From a candidate division WOR-3 bacterium (GTDB taxonomy: Bacteria > Hydrothermota > Tepidihabitantia > SM23-42 > CAYGYG01), in assembly GCA_965648915.1 (NCBI GenBank), contig CBFGIV010000057.1, forward strand, positions 1 through 12,820: a stretch of DNA of 12,820 nt. Reading direction: 5' to 3'. The number at the start of each line of letters is the position of its first letter. The stretch's first letter is position 1. Positions 1 through 8,771 of this stretch are shown here, one piece after another. The notes beneath the pieces are model-generated. The model was not told where the DNA came from. It ran no database searches and saw nothing but the letters and a program-made list of their open reading frames with translations. The position numbers and the translations under genes are program-made.

Positions 1-141
1 GTAAGAATTCCAAGCGGTTATTAAGTATCTTTCGGGTAGGTATTTTAATAATCAGGCGGTGTCAATTTATTAAATTTCCTCTTCGTTTAGAACCGGAGGC
101 AGCATGAAAAAAGTGGAGAGGACTCAGGGTTGTTAAATTAC

Positions 142-169
142 TTGACAAATTGTAAAATGTATATATGAT
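142..169 (+). promoter_or_regulatory. sigma70-type promoter of rpsT
   Basis: TTGACA (142-147), 16-nt spacer, TATGAT (164-169); the -10 ends 22 nt before the start codon. Confidence 0.8.
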
Positions 170-180
170 AGAGACTGCTT

Positions 181-187
181 AAGGAGG
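181..187 (+). promoter_or_regulatory. Shine-Dalgarno of rpsT
   Basis: AAGGAGG 4 nt before TTG at 192. Confidence 0.85.
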
Positions 188-191
188 AAAC

Positions 192-455
192 TTGCCCGTA
201 AAGAAACGTTCGCGCAGTGTCCTGAAGAGAATCAGACAATCAAAAGCCCGATATCTAAGGAATAGAAAGAAGAAGATAAGGCTCAAGGCGGTAATTAAAA
301 AGGTGCGGAGCGCTAAGTCGAAGACTGAAGGTTTGAAGGCATTACGTGCTGCCCAGTCGGTTATCGATAAGTCAGTGCAGGATGGGATTATTCACAAAAA
401 TACCGCCAGCCGGTACCTCAGTCGTTTATCACACTATATTGCAAAACTCAAATAG
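192..455 (+). CDS. rpsT: 30S ribosomal protein S20
   Basis: 87 aa, very basic; S20 signatures KRIRQS..R..RN and IDK....GIIHKNTASR..SRL; strong SD; TTG start. Confidence 0.97.
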   Translation: MPVKKRSRSVLKRIRQSKARYLRNRKKKIRLKAVIKKVRSAKSKTEGLKALRAAQSVIDKSVQDGIIHKNTASRYLSRLSHYIAKLK

Positions 456-473
456 TCGGTAAGAGATAGTCTT

Positions 474-2207
474 TCAATCAAAATTTCGTCTTATCCATTG
501 CCGGACCGAATCGGCTTCAGCAAACCTCCCCATCTGATTTAAATATCTGATCCGATCATAGGCAGTGCGTTTAAAAATCTCCAGGTCATATTTGAGACGC
601 TCATCGTTCATAAAAAGGGGTTTGCGGATCTTGAAGGGGTAATAATTGAAAGGGATATAGGTTAGTGTCTCTTTAACCTCATAGGTAAATCCATAGGGGA
701 TAATGACCCAGCCGGATAGGAGCTGGGTGTTATCGATTGGATTACCAAACAATGAGAGGAAACAATGTCGCTCGGTCCAGTTTTTTTCGATAAAACTCCG
801 AAGCATCTGAATATATCGGCGTTGAATCTCGACTGGATCTTTGAGCCGGTTGTGTTCAAAATCGTCGAGGAGAATCAGGTAGGATTCGATTTCGGGGCGG
901 GATCTTTCATACATTTCAGGGTCTGATTGCTTAAGATATTTAAAATACCAGGAACGCCGCAAGAGCTCTTTATCAATGATCGTTATGTCCCGGTGTTCTC
1001 TCTCAATCTCACGAATGTAAATCATCGGTGAGTAGATATCCCAGCAATCGGTGATGAAGATACTCGTCGGAGGCAATGAACTCAAAATATTCTTTCCAAT
1101 GTCATAACCGACATAATTACCCTGGAGGGTGCTGGAGGTAAAGTGGAGTGAAATAGGGAGGAGGGAAAGGATGATAACGACCCCTTTTTTAAAAAACCTT
1201 TTGAAGGTCAGTAGACCATAAGATGTAATAATGCCCAGAATAAAGATAGTTGGTAAGAAGTAGCATTCGATATCCGGGATACTATAGTTTATCCCATAGA
1301 AGATATTTATGATTAATGCTGCAATCGCAAACCAGAAGAGTTTTAAGTCCCGTCTATAGAGTTCATAAAAACCAGTGAAGATTAGCGGAAGGAAGAGATA
1401 GACCCATTCAGAACCGATACGACCCATCTCTTTTGTTAAATTATTGATTATTTCGGCTAAGGGACTGGAGAACATCCAGACCTGATACTGTCTACCCGAA
1501 ATGTGCCAGAAAAACCTTTCGAGATTATAAGGATTTCCCCAGTTGAGGATGGGTGAGAGATGCGCCCGCAGGGGCAGATAGAGATATATCGATAACCCGC
1601 CGATAAAGAAGATTACGGCAACAAACCATCTAAACCGAAATAAACGGTAATTCAGTATTAGATAGATAATCAGGGGGAGGAGGAGGGTTGAGATTATCAT
1701 ATGATTCGAAAGTGCCAGCCCCATAATAAAGGCAAGGAGGTAAAGGCCGCGTCGGGTATTTAGTGATATGGTTTGAAGCAGTATTAAGGCGATAAAAAGG
1801 GCGGTCAGGGGATAGACCTCAGCACTCAGACTGGTATTCCAGAGAGTATGAGAAAAAGCGATGATTGAGGTTGGAAGCAGGGCAAGGTAAGGATCGCGAA
1901 GGATCTTCCAACAGACCAGGAAGAAGATGGTTGACGAAAGACTACCGGTAATCACGGCCATCAGATTGATGCGGAAGGCGACTGTGCCTGCGGGCAGGAG
2001 TGCAAAAATACGGGCAAGTAATGTGTAGAGGGGATAGCCTGTAGGATGGGCAATACCCAGGGTATATCCTACAGCGGTCAACTCACCAGCATCAATGAGA
2101 TAGACGGTCGGACAGATATTTATGAGATAGAGAGTAAAGATGAAGAGCCAGATAAAACCCGGGACAAGTTTTCTAAGAAGGTCACCACCGATAAATTTAT
2201 TAAACAT
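474..2207 (-). CDS. DUF2723 / TMEM260-like multi-pass membrane glycosyltransferase (GT-C fold)
   Basis: Motif DAGELTAVGYTLGIAHPTGYPLY after the first TM helix, plus AEVYPL, GLALSNH, YLYLPLRA...P.LNWGNP; about 10 hydrophobic segments followed by a soluble C-terminal domain. Confidence 0.88.
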   Translation of the reverse strand: MFNKFIGGDLLRKLVPGFIWLFIFTLYLINICPTVYLIDAGELTAVGYTLGIAHPTGYPLYTLLARIFALLPAGTVAFRINLMAVITGSLSSTIFFLVCWKILRDPYLALLPTSIIAFSHTLWNTSLSAEVYPLTALFIALILLQTISLNTRRGLYLLAFIMGLALSNHMIISTLLLPLIIYLILNYRLFRFRWFVAVIFFIGGLSIYLYLPLRAHLSPILNWGNPYNLERFFWHISGRQYQVWMFSSPLAEIINNLTKEMGRIGSEWVYLFLPLIFTGFYELYRRDLKLFWFAIAALIINIFYGINYSIPDIECYFLPTIFILGIITSYGLLTFKRFFKKGVVIILSLLPISLHFTSSTLQGNYVGYDIGKNILSSLPPTSIFITDCWDIYSPMIYIREIEREHRDITIIDKELLRRSWYFKYLKQSDPEMYERSRPEIESYLILLDDFEHNRLKDPVEIQRRYIQMLRSFIEKNWTERHCFLSLFGNPIDNTQLLSGWVIIPYGFTYEVKETLTYIPFNYYPFKIRKPLFMNDERLKYDLEIFKRTAYDRIRYLNQMGRFAEADSVRQWIRRNFD

Positions 2208-2211
2208 CCGG

Positions 2212-2850
2212 TTACTTCTGATAGCCTACCGGTATGATATAAAGTGGTTCTTCATTCTCAGGGAGATTCAAAATCTTTTTTATCGCATCATCATCAAAGG
2301 CTCCCACTGGTACCGAACCGAGTCCGAGGGCGACCGCCATTAAATGGAGGTTCTGGGCCGCATGGCCGACTTCAATGTAGACATATCGGATACCACGATT
2401 TCCATAACGTCCGGTGGTTCGTGCATAGATTGCGGTAATGATGAAGACCACAGGCGCCTGGGCAATAAACTCTTGATTCAAAGACGCCCGGCTCAATTCT
2501 CCTCTCAAATCTTTTTTCGATAATTGAAGGATCTTATTGGTGAGTGGCACATAGCGAAAGAGCCCGTCCTTTTTGGCGACCAGAACCTCGAGGGGATATG
2601 TGGCGCCGGCTGAGGGTGCAGTGCGAAATTTCCAGACCGGTTCGGTTATACCCTGACAGGCCCAGAGCAGACTGGATATCTGCTCCATTGTCAGGTCATC
2701 ATTCTTAAATGACCTTACTGATCGCCGATGGCTAATACATTCTTCGATACCCTTTTCTGTGATTTTGGGCTTTGGCAAGATGACCTCCTTATATTCAACA
2801 GCCAGAGATAGATTTATTATCATTAGAATCCAGAGAGATATCCCTGGCAA
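2212..2850 (-). CDS. SagB/ThcOx-family dehydrogenase (nitroreductase superfamily, FMN-binding), possibly with N-terminal signal/anchor
   Basis: RRSVRSF, LLWACQG, RTAPSAGATYPLE, GRYGNRGIRY, EVGHAAQNLHL.A.ALGLG...VGAFDD. Start uncertain: GTG 2907, ATG 2901, ATG 2868, TTG 2850 and ATG 2823 are all in frame. Confidence 0.88.
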   Translation of the reverse strand: MPGISLWILMIINLSLAVEYKEVILPKPKITEKGIEECISHRRSVRSFKNDDLTMEQISSLLWACQGITEPVWKFRTAPSAGATYPLEVLVAKKDGLFRYVPLTNKILQLSKKDLRGELSRASLNQEFIAQAPVVFIITAIYARTTGRYGNRGIRYVYIEVGHAAQNLHLMAVALGLGSVPVGAFDDDAIKKILNLPENEEPLYIIPVGYQK

Positions 2851-3718
2851 CTTTTGCGGTGTTGACATGGATTGTAACAGTGTCGATAAGATTGATGGCA
2901 TAGCCACCTCCTAAGGCGATTGCGACCGGGATATTTTTATCCCGACATTCTTTTAAGACTGCTCGATCTCGCTTTATCAATCCTTCGATTGTTAACTGGA
3001 GCGAACCGAGTTGATCATACATATAGGGGTCAGCCCCGGCTAAATAATAGACGAATTCAGGTCTGAATTCAGAGAAGATCTGGTCAAGGCCGGTCTTCAA
3101 CCTCTCCAGATATTCTTCGTCTTTGGTCTCATCTTCGAGGCCGATATCAAGATCGCTCTGTTGCTTGACCGGATAGAGATTTTCCTGATGGATCGAAAAG
3201 GTAAAGACCCGACTGTCATTCCTGAAGATAAAGGCGGTTCCATTCCCCTGATGCAGATCGCAGTCAATGATTGCAACTTTTTTTACCAGTCCTTCATTGA
3301 TCAGTTTTCTTGCCGAATAGGCGATATCATTCACATAACAGAATCCCTCAGCATGATCGGGAAAGGCATGGTGGAAGCCTCCACCATCGTGAAAGCAGAC
3401 TTTCTCTTTAAGGGCGGTTAGGGCGGTTAGATGCGTCCCGGCGGCAGAAAGAATCTGCGCATAGATCAAGTCCTTTGTTACTGGCATCTCTGAGAGGAGG
3501 AGACGCCGGGTTGGTCGGGCATACTTCAGGTCATCGACATATTCTGCTTCATGGACAATCATTAAATCTTCAATCTCAGGAAAAGAAGGGGTTAAGATAT
3601 CAAGTTTATTGATGATGCGCTCATTTAACAATTTTTCTTTAATCAGATGATATTTTTCAACGGGAAAGACATGGTATCCGATTTCGACATTATAGGCATC
3701 AGAATAGACGACTTTCAT
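2795..3718 (-). CDS. Histone deacetylase family (Zn-dependent amidohydrolase, AcuC/AphA-like)
   Basis: HVFPVEKY, GGGFHHA, GFCYVND, IIDCDLHQGNGT, FSIH, AGADP, GGGY catalytic motifs all intact. Confidence 0.95.
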   Translation of the reverse strand: MKVVYSDAYNVEIGYHVFPVEKYHLIKEKLLNERIINKLDILTPSFPEIEDLMIVHEAEYVDDLKYARPTRRLLLSEMPVTKDLIYAQILSAAGTHLTALTALKEKVCFHDGGGFHHAFPDHAEGFCYVNDIAYSARKLINEGLVKKVAIIDCDLHQGNGTAFIFRNDSRVFTFSIHQENLYPVKQQSDLDIGLEDETKDEEYLERLKTGLDQIFSEFRPEFVYYLAGADPYMYDQLGSLQLTIEGLIKRDRAVLKECRDKNIPVAIALGGGYAINLIDTVTIHVNTAKVARDISLDSNDNKSISGC

Positions 3719-3729
3719 AACTGTTAAGT

Positions 3730-4770
3730 TTAACTATAGTCGGTGGTGAGCCGGTTATACGCCTGAAGGGTCTTAAGGGCTATTGTATCCCAGAGAAAGT
3801 TGTTCATAATTGAGGTTGCAAGGAGTCGATCTTTCTTTCTGGTCAATGCCTTTTCGATTCCCTGACGGATTGATTCGATCGACCTCGGTTCGACATATTC
3901 AGCATGGTCGCCAAAATATTCGTCCGTGCCACCGTATCTGGTAATTACGATCTTTGCCCCGGCCAGTCCGGCTTCGAGCGCCGCGATCCCCGGTGTCTCA
4001 TACCACGAGGGCAGGACAAATGTGTCGCAGGCGGCATAGGCCGAAGCCAACAGGGGCGAATCGTTGGATAGACCGGGTATTATGATGATATTCTTGTTTT
4101 TTTCGGCCTCAGCCAGACATGCTTCAGCATAGGGGGTCCGGGTGATTCGCCCAATTATCACTGCCGGAAGATCGATAAATTTTAATGCCTTAATCAAATT
4201 TAAGACATTTTTGCGGGGTGGCCCGATGTGACCAACATTTAAGATAAAATCTTTAATCTGATACTTATCGATAAAAAGGTCGGGCTGGGCATAGGCGAAT
4301 CTCTTTTCAACTCCATTGGGAACAATAATCATCTTACTGACCGGGATCCCCAGTCCTCGATTGAGGAGCATCGCCTCCATTTTCGTATTCGGGATGACCA
4401 ATTCTGCCCATTCACAGATTTCTGATGTAAAGATATGTTCTGACCATAACCCTTTTTTGATCCTTGCTATCGCCTTCTCAAAAAAATGGAGAAGAGCGAG
4501 TGTATTAGCACCATGACGACTGAAAAAGATGGGGGAGACAACAAGCTTCACCCCCTGGTTTTTTGCCTCCCGGGCAAGATGGTAGGTTCCGACATTTGCC
4601 GCGAAGAGATGGAAGATACCAATCTCTTTCCTGTCGATCTGTTCCCAGGAATTGAAGAGATAGACCTCGGCCCCAAGTTTAACAAGCGCCTCGCGCAGAT
4701 TTAATATTTGCGTCCTTGGTCCACCACTGAGGAGTGATAGTGCCTGATAAGAACCAAAGTATATCTTCAT
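3730..4770 (-). CDS. Glycosyltransferase family 4 (GT-B, retaining)
   Basis: GGP..QI N-terminus, VPNGVE, VGHI..RKN, FVLPSWYETPGIAALEA (E-x7-E). Start placed at ATG 4770: SD AGGAGG upstream and ATGA overlap with the previous stop. Confidence 0.92.
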   Translation of the reverse strand: MKIYFGSYQALSLLSGGPRTQILNLREALVKLGAEVYLFNSWEQIDRKEIGIFHLFAANVGTYHLAREAKNQGVKLVVSPIFFSRHGANTLALLHFFEKAIARIKKGLWSEHIFTSEICEWAELVIPNTKMEAMLLNRGLGIPVSKMIIVPNGVEKRFAYAQPDLFIDKYQIKDFILNVGHIGPPRKNVLNLIKALKFIDLPAVIIGRITRTPYAEACLAEAEKNKNIIIIPGLSNDSPLLASAYAACDTFVLPSWYETPGIAALEAGLAGAKIVITRYGGTDEYFGDHAEYVEPRSIESIRQGIEKALTRKKDRLLATSIMNNFLWDTIALKTLQAYNRLTTDYS

Positions 4771-6329
4771 CTCCTGATCCTCCTTATTAACCAATCACTG
4801 ATATCTTCACGCAGGCGTTGAACCGGACTGATTTGGCCTGGAATCGGGGAAGGAAGGGATTGGACGGTAAGTTTGTGCCATTGAAGTTTTTTCAGGTATA
4901 TCCTCTTTCGGAACGGTGTATAAGCTTCCCGGTTATTATAGATAATACGGATATATTGATCATCAGATACCTGATGCCAATTCATAGAGATCACTCCATC
5001 TGAAAATACTGCGGTATAATTGACTTTAAGGCGCTTCTTCCACCATCGATAGAAATCGGTCAGACAGGTCTTCATTATCGAATGTTCTTTATCGATTAAT
5101 GCCATAAGCCGGGCAATAGTTTCGATATTATTGTGCGCTGGATGATGGTAGATGAAGATCGGGATGCCGGCCATCATATTTTTTCTAATCAAAATTTTGA
5201 AATAGTCAAGGATCTGGTCTTTTTTATAGCCAGCCCTGAGTAAACGTCCGATACAGATGGGATGGATTGGAATCTGGAGATGGTTAAAAACTCGATTATC
5301 AGATGCCGGGTAATATGGGAGGTTGTCATAATCGACTGTAAATTCAGACGAATATGGAATCTTGAGCGCATCGAGGGATAGCCCGAGTTCCTCATTCCAT
5401 TCGCCATAAGGGGCGGTAAAGCCTACGGGTTTAATACCAGACCCCAAAAGAATTTTATAACTACTGCTTAAGTTTTCCATATTCTTTTCAAAATCTTTGT
5501 AGACACGGTGTTCATATCCGTGAAGACCAATATTCTGACCTTTCCGGTATAGATACTGAATATAGTCGATCAAATTCAGGTTCTCTTTAATGTTAATAAA
5601 CCACTCAAAAATCAGGTTATTACTCCGAGCAAGTTCAAGTAGTTCTTGAAGTTGTTTCCGGGTTGTCTGGTCGACATCCAGACGGAAAGCAAAACTGGTC
5701 TGATATCGATATGGATGGTACCAGAGATGGATATAGGGTATTGACCTGAGGAGATGGAGAAGACGAAGTGCATTAGTTACCAGTTTGCGAATCTCTCCTT
5801 TTGTAACCTTTGCAACCCTCTCACTGGGTCTGGGTAGATTCTTACTGGCAAAGAAATGTTTTCTTGTTGCCCTCAGGTCGACTATTGCCCGATGGACATC
5901 AAAAGGAAGGAGTATGTAATAGCCGGAGCCATAACGATCCATCAATATTGCGTGTTGGCCTTTTTTGACCAATCCAATCTGTGCTCGTGGGCTAATCCAT
6001 CCCGTGCTTGAGATCTCAATCGGGTCAACCTGATCAAAAAGCTGATGATTATCAGGTAGAATGTATCTGATCTTACTCGGAACAAGATCGAATAGATTAC
6101 TGGTTTTAAAGGCAAAGAGAGTAGATAATACTGCTCCACCTTCAGATAGATATCTCTTCAAACAACCACTCTCCTTTCCGTTTAGGGGATGGTTGACAAT
6201 AATGACACTGAAGCCCTGAGGTCGGATCCGTTCAAGATTTCTAATTACTGTAAAAGCGACTCCTTCCTGTTCAAGAATCTGTACCCACCCGGCTTCGGGC
6301 TGGGTCAGACCAATTACTATTCTTTGCAT
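4767..6329 (-). CDS. Polysaccharide deacetylase (CE4/NodB-like) domain protein with extra N-terminal domain
   Basis: FRLDVD acidic motif, IGLHGYEH (H-x3-H metal site), GFTAPYG, YSS, IYHHP; about 200-aa N-terminal alpha/beta domain; no signal peptide. Confidence 0.8.
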   Translation of the reverse strand: MQRIVIGLTQPEAGWVQILEQEGVAFTVIRNLERIRPQGFSVIIVNHPLNGKESGCLKRYLSEGGAVLSTLFAFKTSNLFDLVPSKIRYILPDNHQLFDQVDPIEISSTGWISPRAQIGLVKKGQHAILMDRYGSGYYILLPFDVHRAIVDLRATRKHFFASKNLPRPSERVAKVTKGEIRKLVTNALRLLHLLRSIPYIHLWYHPYRYQTSFAFRLDVDQTTRKQLQELLELARSNNLIFEWFINIKENLNLIDYIQYLYRKGQNIGLHGYEHRVYKDFEKNMENLSSSYKILLGSGIKPVGFTAPYGEWNEELGLSLDALKIPYSSEFTVDYDNLPYYPASDNRVFNHLQIPIHPICIGRLLRAGYKKDQILDYFKILIRKNMMAGIPIFIYHHPAHNNIETIARLMALIDKEHSIMKTCLTDFYRWWKKRLKVNYTAVFSDGVISMNWHQVSDDQYIRIIYNNREAYTPFRKRIYLKKLQWHKLTVQSLPSPIPGQISPVQRLREDISDWLIRRIRR

Positions 6330-7744
6330 ATTATATTCTCCAGCGAAAATATGCTAAACAGGATCTTAAGGTCATGCCGGGTGATACCCCTTATCAGGTA
6401 TAATATTAAGGAGTAGGAACATACACCGGTTATGAAACCGAGGATTAGATTTTTTGGTGTCGTTAGAGATATAATAATAGCCATTATCAGTGATGCAATC
6501 AAGGGTCGGAGGAGATATTTCCAGAACCTGAGATTGTAGATTGGCCGGAAATAGAAATACATAAGGCTCAGGGTAACGATTTCCGAGATTATGACGGAGA
6601 GTGCGGTCCCGATCAGTCCCCATAACTGGGTGGCGATGATTATGGTAATAAAGTGGACGACCATGCCGATGGTAATGCCACGGGCATATCGACTTTCCCG
6701 GTTCGTTGCGATAAGTGCTGAACAAAAAATCGTGTTGATGATGGTCAAAGGGAAGAACCAGATGAGGACCTGGAAGGGTAAGATACTATCGGCATAAGCC
6801 TGGCCATAAATAAAAATAATCAGGGGTGTGCCAAAGACGCTTGTCCCAATTGTTATCGGGATGATAAATATCGAAATCAATCGGCTTAGATTTTCCAGAA
6901 GATATTTCAACTGCTCAACTCCATTTTGAGTATAGCGAACCATCATCGGTAAAAGTAGTGTATAAAAGATTCGGTCGAGGATCAGAAGAAAGAAGACCAA
7001 TTTCTGGGCCGCGCTATAAGTGCCAACCAGGGTGTCGCTTTTTAAGAAACCGAGGATGACCACCGGGAAATTCCTTGTTATTTCAGCCAGAACACGACCG
7101 GTGCCAACCGGTAGTGCATCGCGCATAATCTTGAGCCAGGCCCCAAGATTGAATGATATCCAGGGCATACCAAAACGGCTGATATAGACGATCAGGAGAT
7201 AGATGGTGCTGACATTGATGGCGAAAAACCAGAAGAGCGGGATTTTATTCAGGTCATTACCGGTTTTGATAAAGATAAGCACGAGGATAAGATAGACCAA
7301 TGGGATTATGATTTTTGAATAACTGATAGTTTCCATTGATTCTAATCCCTGAAAAATCCAGTCCAGATAGAAAGCAAAAGGGAAGAGCGCAAGGTGATAG
7401 AGGATGATAAGGGTCTTTAAATTTTGAAATCGATGAACAGAATAGACCAGAAGGAGCATTACGCCAAATATTAACAGGGCAAGGAAAAACCGGAGCCCGA
7501 AGATAGTCTTGACCAGAGTGGTGGTCTGTTTTCTATCTCGTGCTACTTCCCTAAGACCGATCGTCAGGATACCGAAATTGAGAGCGGTGACCGAATAGGA
7601 AAAGATGGCAAGGGCAAAACTGATCTTGCCAAATCCACTCTGCCCTAAAATCCGGGCAATATATACGGTAGTTATAAAACTCAAACACAGATTTAACGCT
7701 TCACCAATCGTAAGTGAAACAATATTCTTAGTTATGGTCTTCAT
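6317..7744 (-). CDS. wzx: Wzx-type oligosaccharide flippase (MOP superfamily)
   Basis: 475 aa, 12-14 hydrophobic segments; KN...L, YIARILG..GFG, FG.....REVAR, VGTYSAA, LLPMM, IYG..Y..S, WGLIG.A. Confidence 0.92.
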   Translation of the reverse strand: MKTITKNIVSLTIGEALNLCLSFITTVYIARILGQSGFGKISFALAIFSYSVTALNFGILTIGLREVARDRKQTTTLVKTIFGLRFFLALLIFGVMLLLVYSVHRFQNLKTLIILYHLALFPFAFYLDWIFQGLESMETISYSKIIIPLVYLILVLIFIKTGNDLNKIPLFWFFAINVSTIYLLIVYISRFGMPWISFNLGAWLKIMRDALPVGTGRVLAEITRNFPVVILGFLKSDTLVGTYSAAQKLVFFLLILDRIFYTLLLPMMVRYTQNGVEQLKYLLENLSRLISIFIIPITIGTSVFGTPLIIFIYGQAYADSILPFQVLIWFFPLTIINTIFCSALIATNRESRYARGITIGMVVHFITIIIATQLWGLIGTALSVIISEIVTLSLMYFYFRPIYNLRFWKYLLRPLIASLIMAIIISLTTPKNLILGFITGVCSYSLILYLIRGITRHDLKILFSIFSLENIICKE

Positions 7745-8771
7745 CTTTTAAGAAAGATTCTATCAAAGATGCCATTTCCCGGGTTCGTTTTTCTATGGGA
7801 AAATTCTCGATTATTCTCTGGCGCGCCTTAGTGCCGGCACAGTCGGGAAGCCCCAGGGCTTTTCTTATCGCCCGGGCAGTATCTTCTGGATCACCAAACT
7901 CAACATAAAAACCAGTTGGCCCGATTGCTGATGGGATCCCACCCCGTCTTGTCCCGACCGGGATACAGTTGCAGAGCATCGCTTCACATAAAGCATTGGG
8001 CAGACCTTCACGCCATGAGAGTTGACAATAGACCTTTGCCTTCTGGTAGAAAGGCAGTAGTGCCTGATGGGCAACCGGTTCGAAAAGAGTAACATTGGCT
8101 GGGAGACCTGATTGGCTGATGAGTTTTCTTGCTTCACCACTAACTCCAACCACCCAGAATTTAACCCCGGGTAAATACCTTGCTGAATTGATAAAGGTAT
8201 CGATACCTTTCAATTTTACCCGGGTCACATCTGGACAATCAGCCACGGTCAGGACAATAGGTTCTTTCTTACCCTGTGGACGCCAGAAATTGTAGTCGTA
8301 ACCCGTCGGTAATAGATGGGTATTACTTAACCGAAAACCAATATTTTTTTTAATATCTTCATTGAGTGATGGGTCGACCAGCAGGAGCCCATCTGCGTGC
8401 TTTAAGGTAAAGCGACTGAAGATCGCACGCAAAGGGTGAACAAATGTACCATATTTAATCTCAGGAACCGAGGCAACATCGATGCCGCCAATGACAATCA
8501 GAATCGGCTTGTGCAACAACCTCGAGAGAAAGGTTAGAAAAAAAGCACTCATTGTTCCAAACCAGCAGAAGGTGAGATGGACAGAAAAGAGTTTAAAGAT
8601 CAAGCGCAACACAATTCGCCACCAGGGGCCGATGACAGTCATAAGTCTGAATCTATTTCGCAGAATATTTTGATCAATCATTACAAATGGTAACCGGGCA
8701 AAGGAGGTAAAGAGAATACGATATTGCGATTCCGGTGAAGTATTTTTAATAGCAGATGATTGCTTGATCAT
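7728..8771 (-). CDS. Glycosyltransferase family 4 (GT-B, retaining)
   Basis: LPTGYD, KGIDTFI, VYCQLSWREGLPNALCEAMLC (E-x7-E), GGIP..IG.TG; TAATG overlap with the epimerase stop. Confidence 0.92.
   Translation of the reverse strand: MIKQSSAIKNTSPESQYRILFTSFARLPFVMIDQNILRNRFRLMTVIGPWWRIVLRLIFKLFSVHLTFCWFGTMSAFFLTFLSRLLHKPILIVIGGIDVASVPEIKYGTFVHPLRAIFSRFTLKHADGLLLVDPSLNEDIKKNIGFRLSNTHLLPTGYDYNFWRPQGKKEPIVLTVADCPDVTRVKLKGIDTFINSARYLPGVKFWVVGVSGEARKLISQSGLPANVTLFEPVAHQALLPFYQKAKVYCQLSWREGLPNALCEAMLCNCIPVGTRRGGIPSAIGPTGFYVEFGDPEDTARAIRKALGLPDCAGTKARQRIIENFPIEKRTREMASLIESFLKDEDHN

Noticed and set aside
37..65. Leftward promoter from TTGACA at 65-60
   Set aside because: No acceptable -10 box at 16-18 nt; TAAAAT is only 12 nt away
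2212..2907. SagB/ThcOx gene as a sign of an azole RiPP cluster
   Set aside because: No YcaO, E1-like protein or precursor peptide in the window; stand-alone nitroreductases of this type are common
3368..3387. 8-bp perfect hairpin ATGGTGGA-agcc-TCCACCAT
   Set aside because: Lies in the conserved DGGGFHH codons, has no U-tract and is explained by coding
3411..3430. 9-nt tandem repeat AGGGCGGTT x2
   Set aside because: In-frame, encodes LTA-LTA in the HDAC; only two copies
4771..4794. Longer GT4 start (MVNKEDQE extension)
   Set aside because: The extension is the SD region of ATG 4770, which forms a classic ATGA coupling
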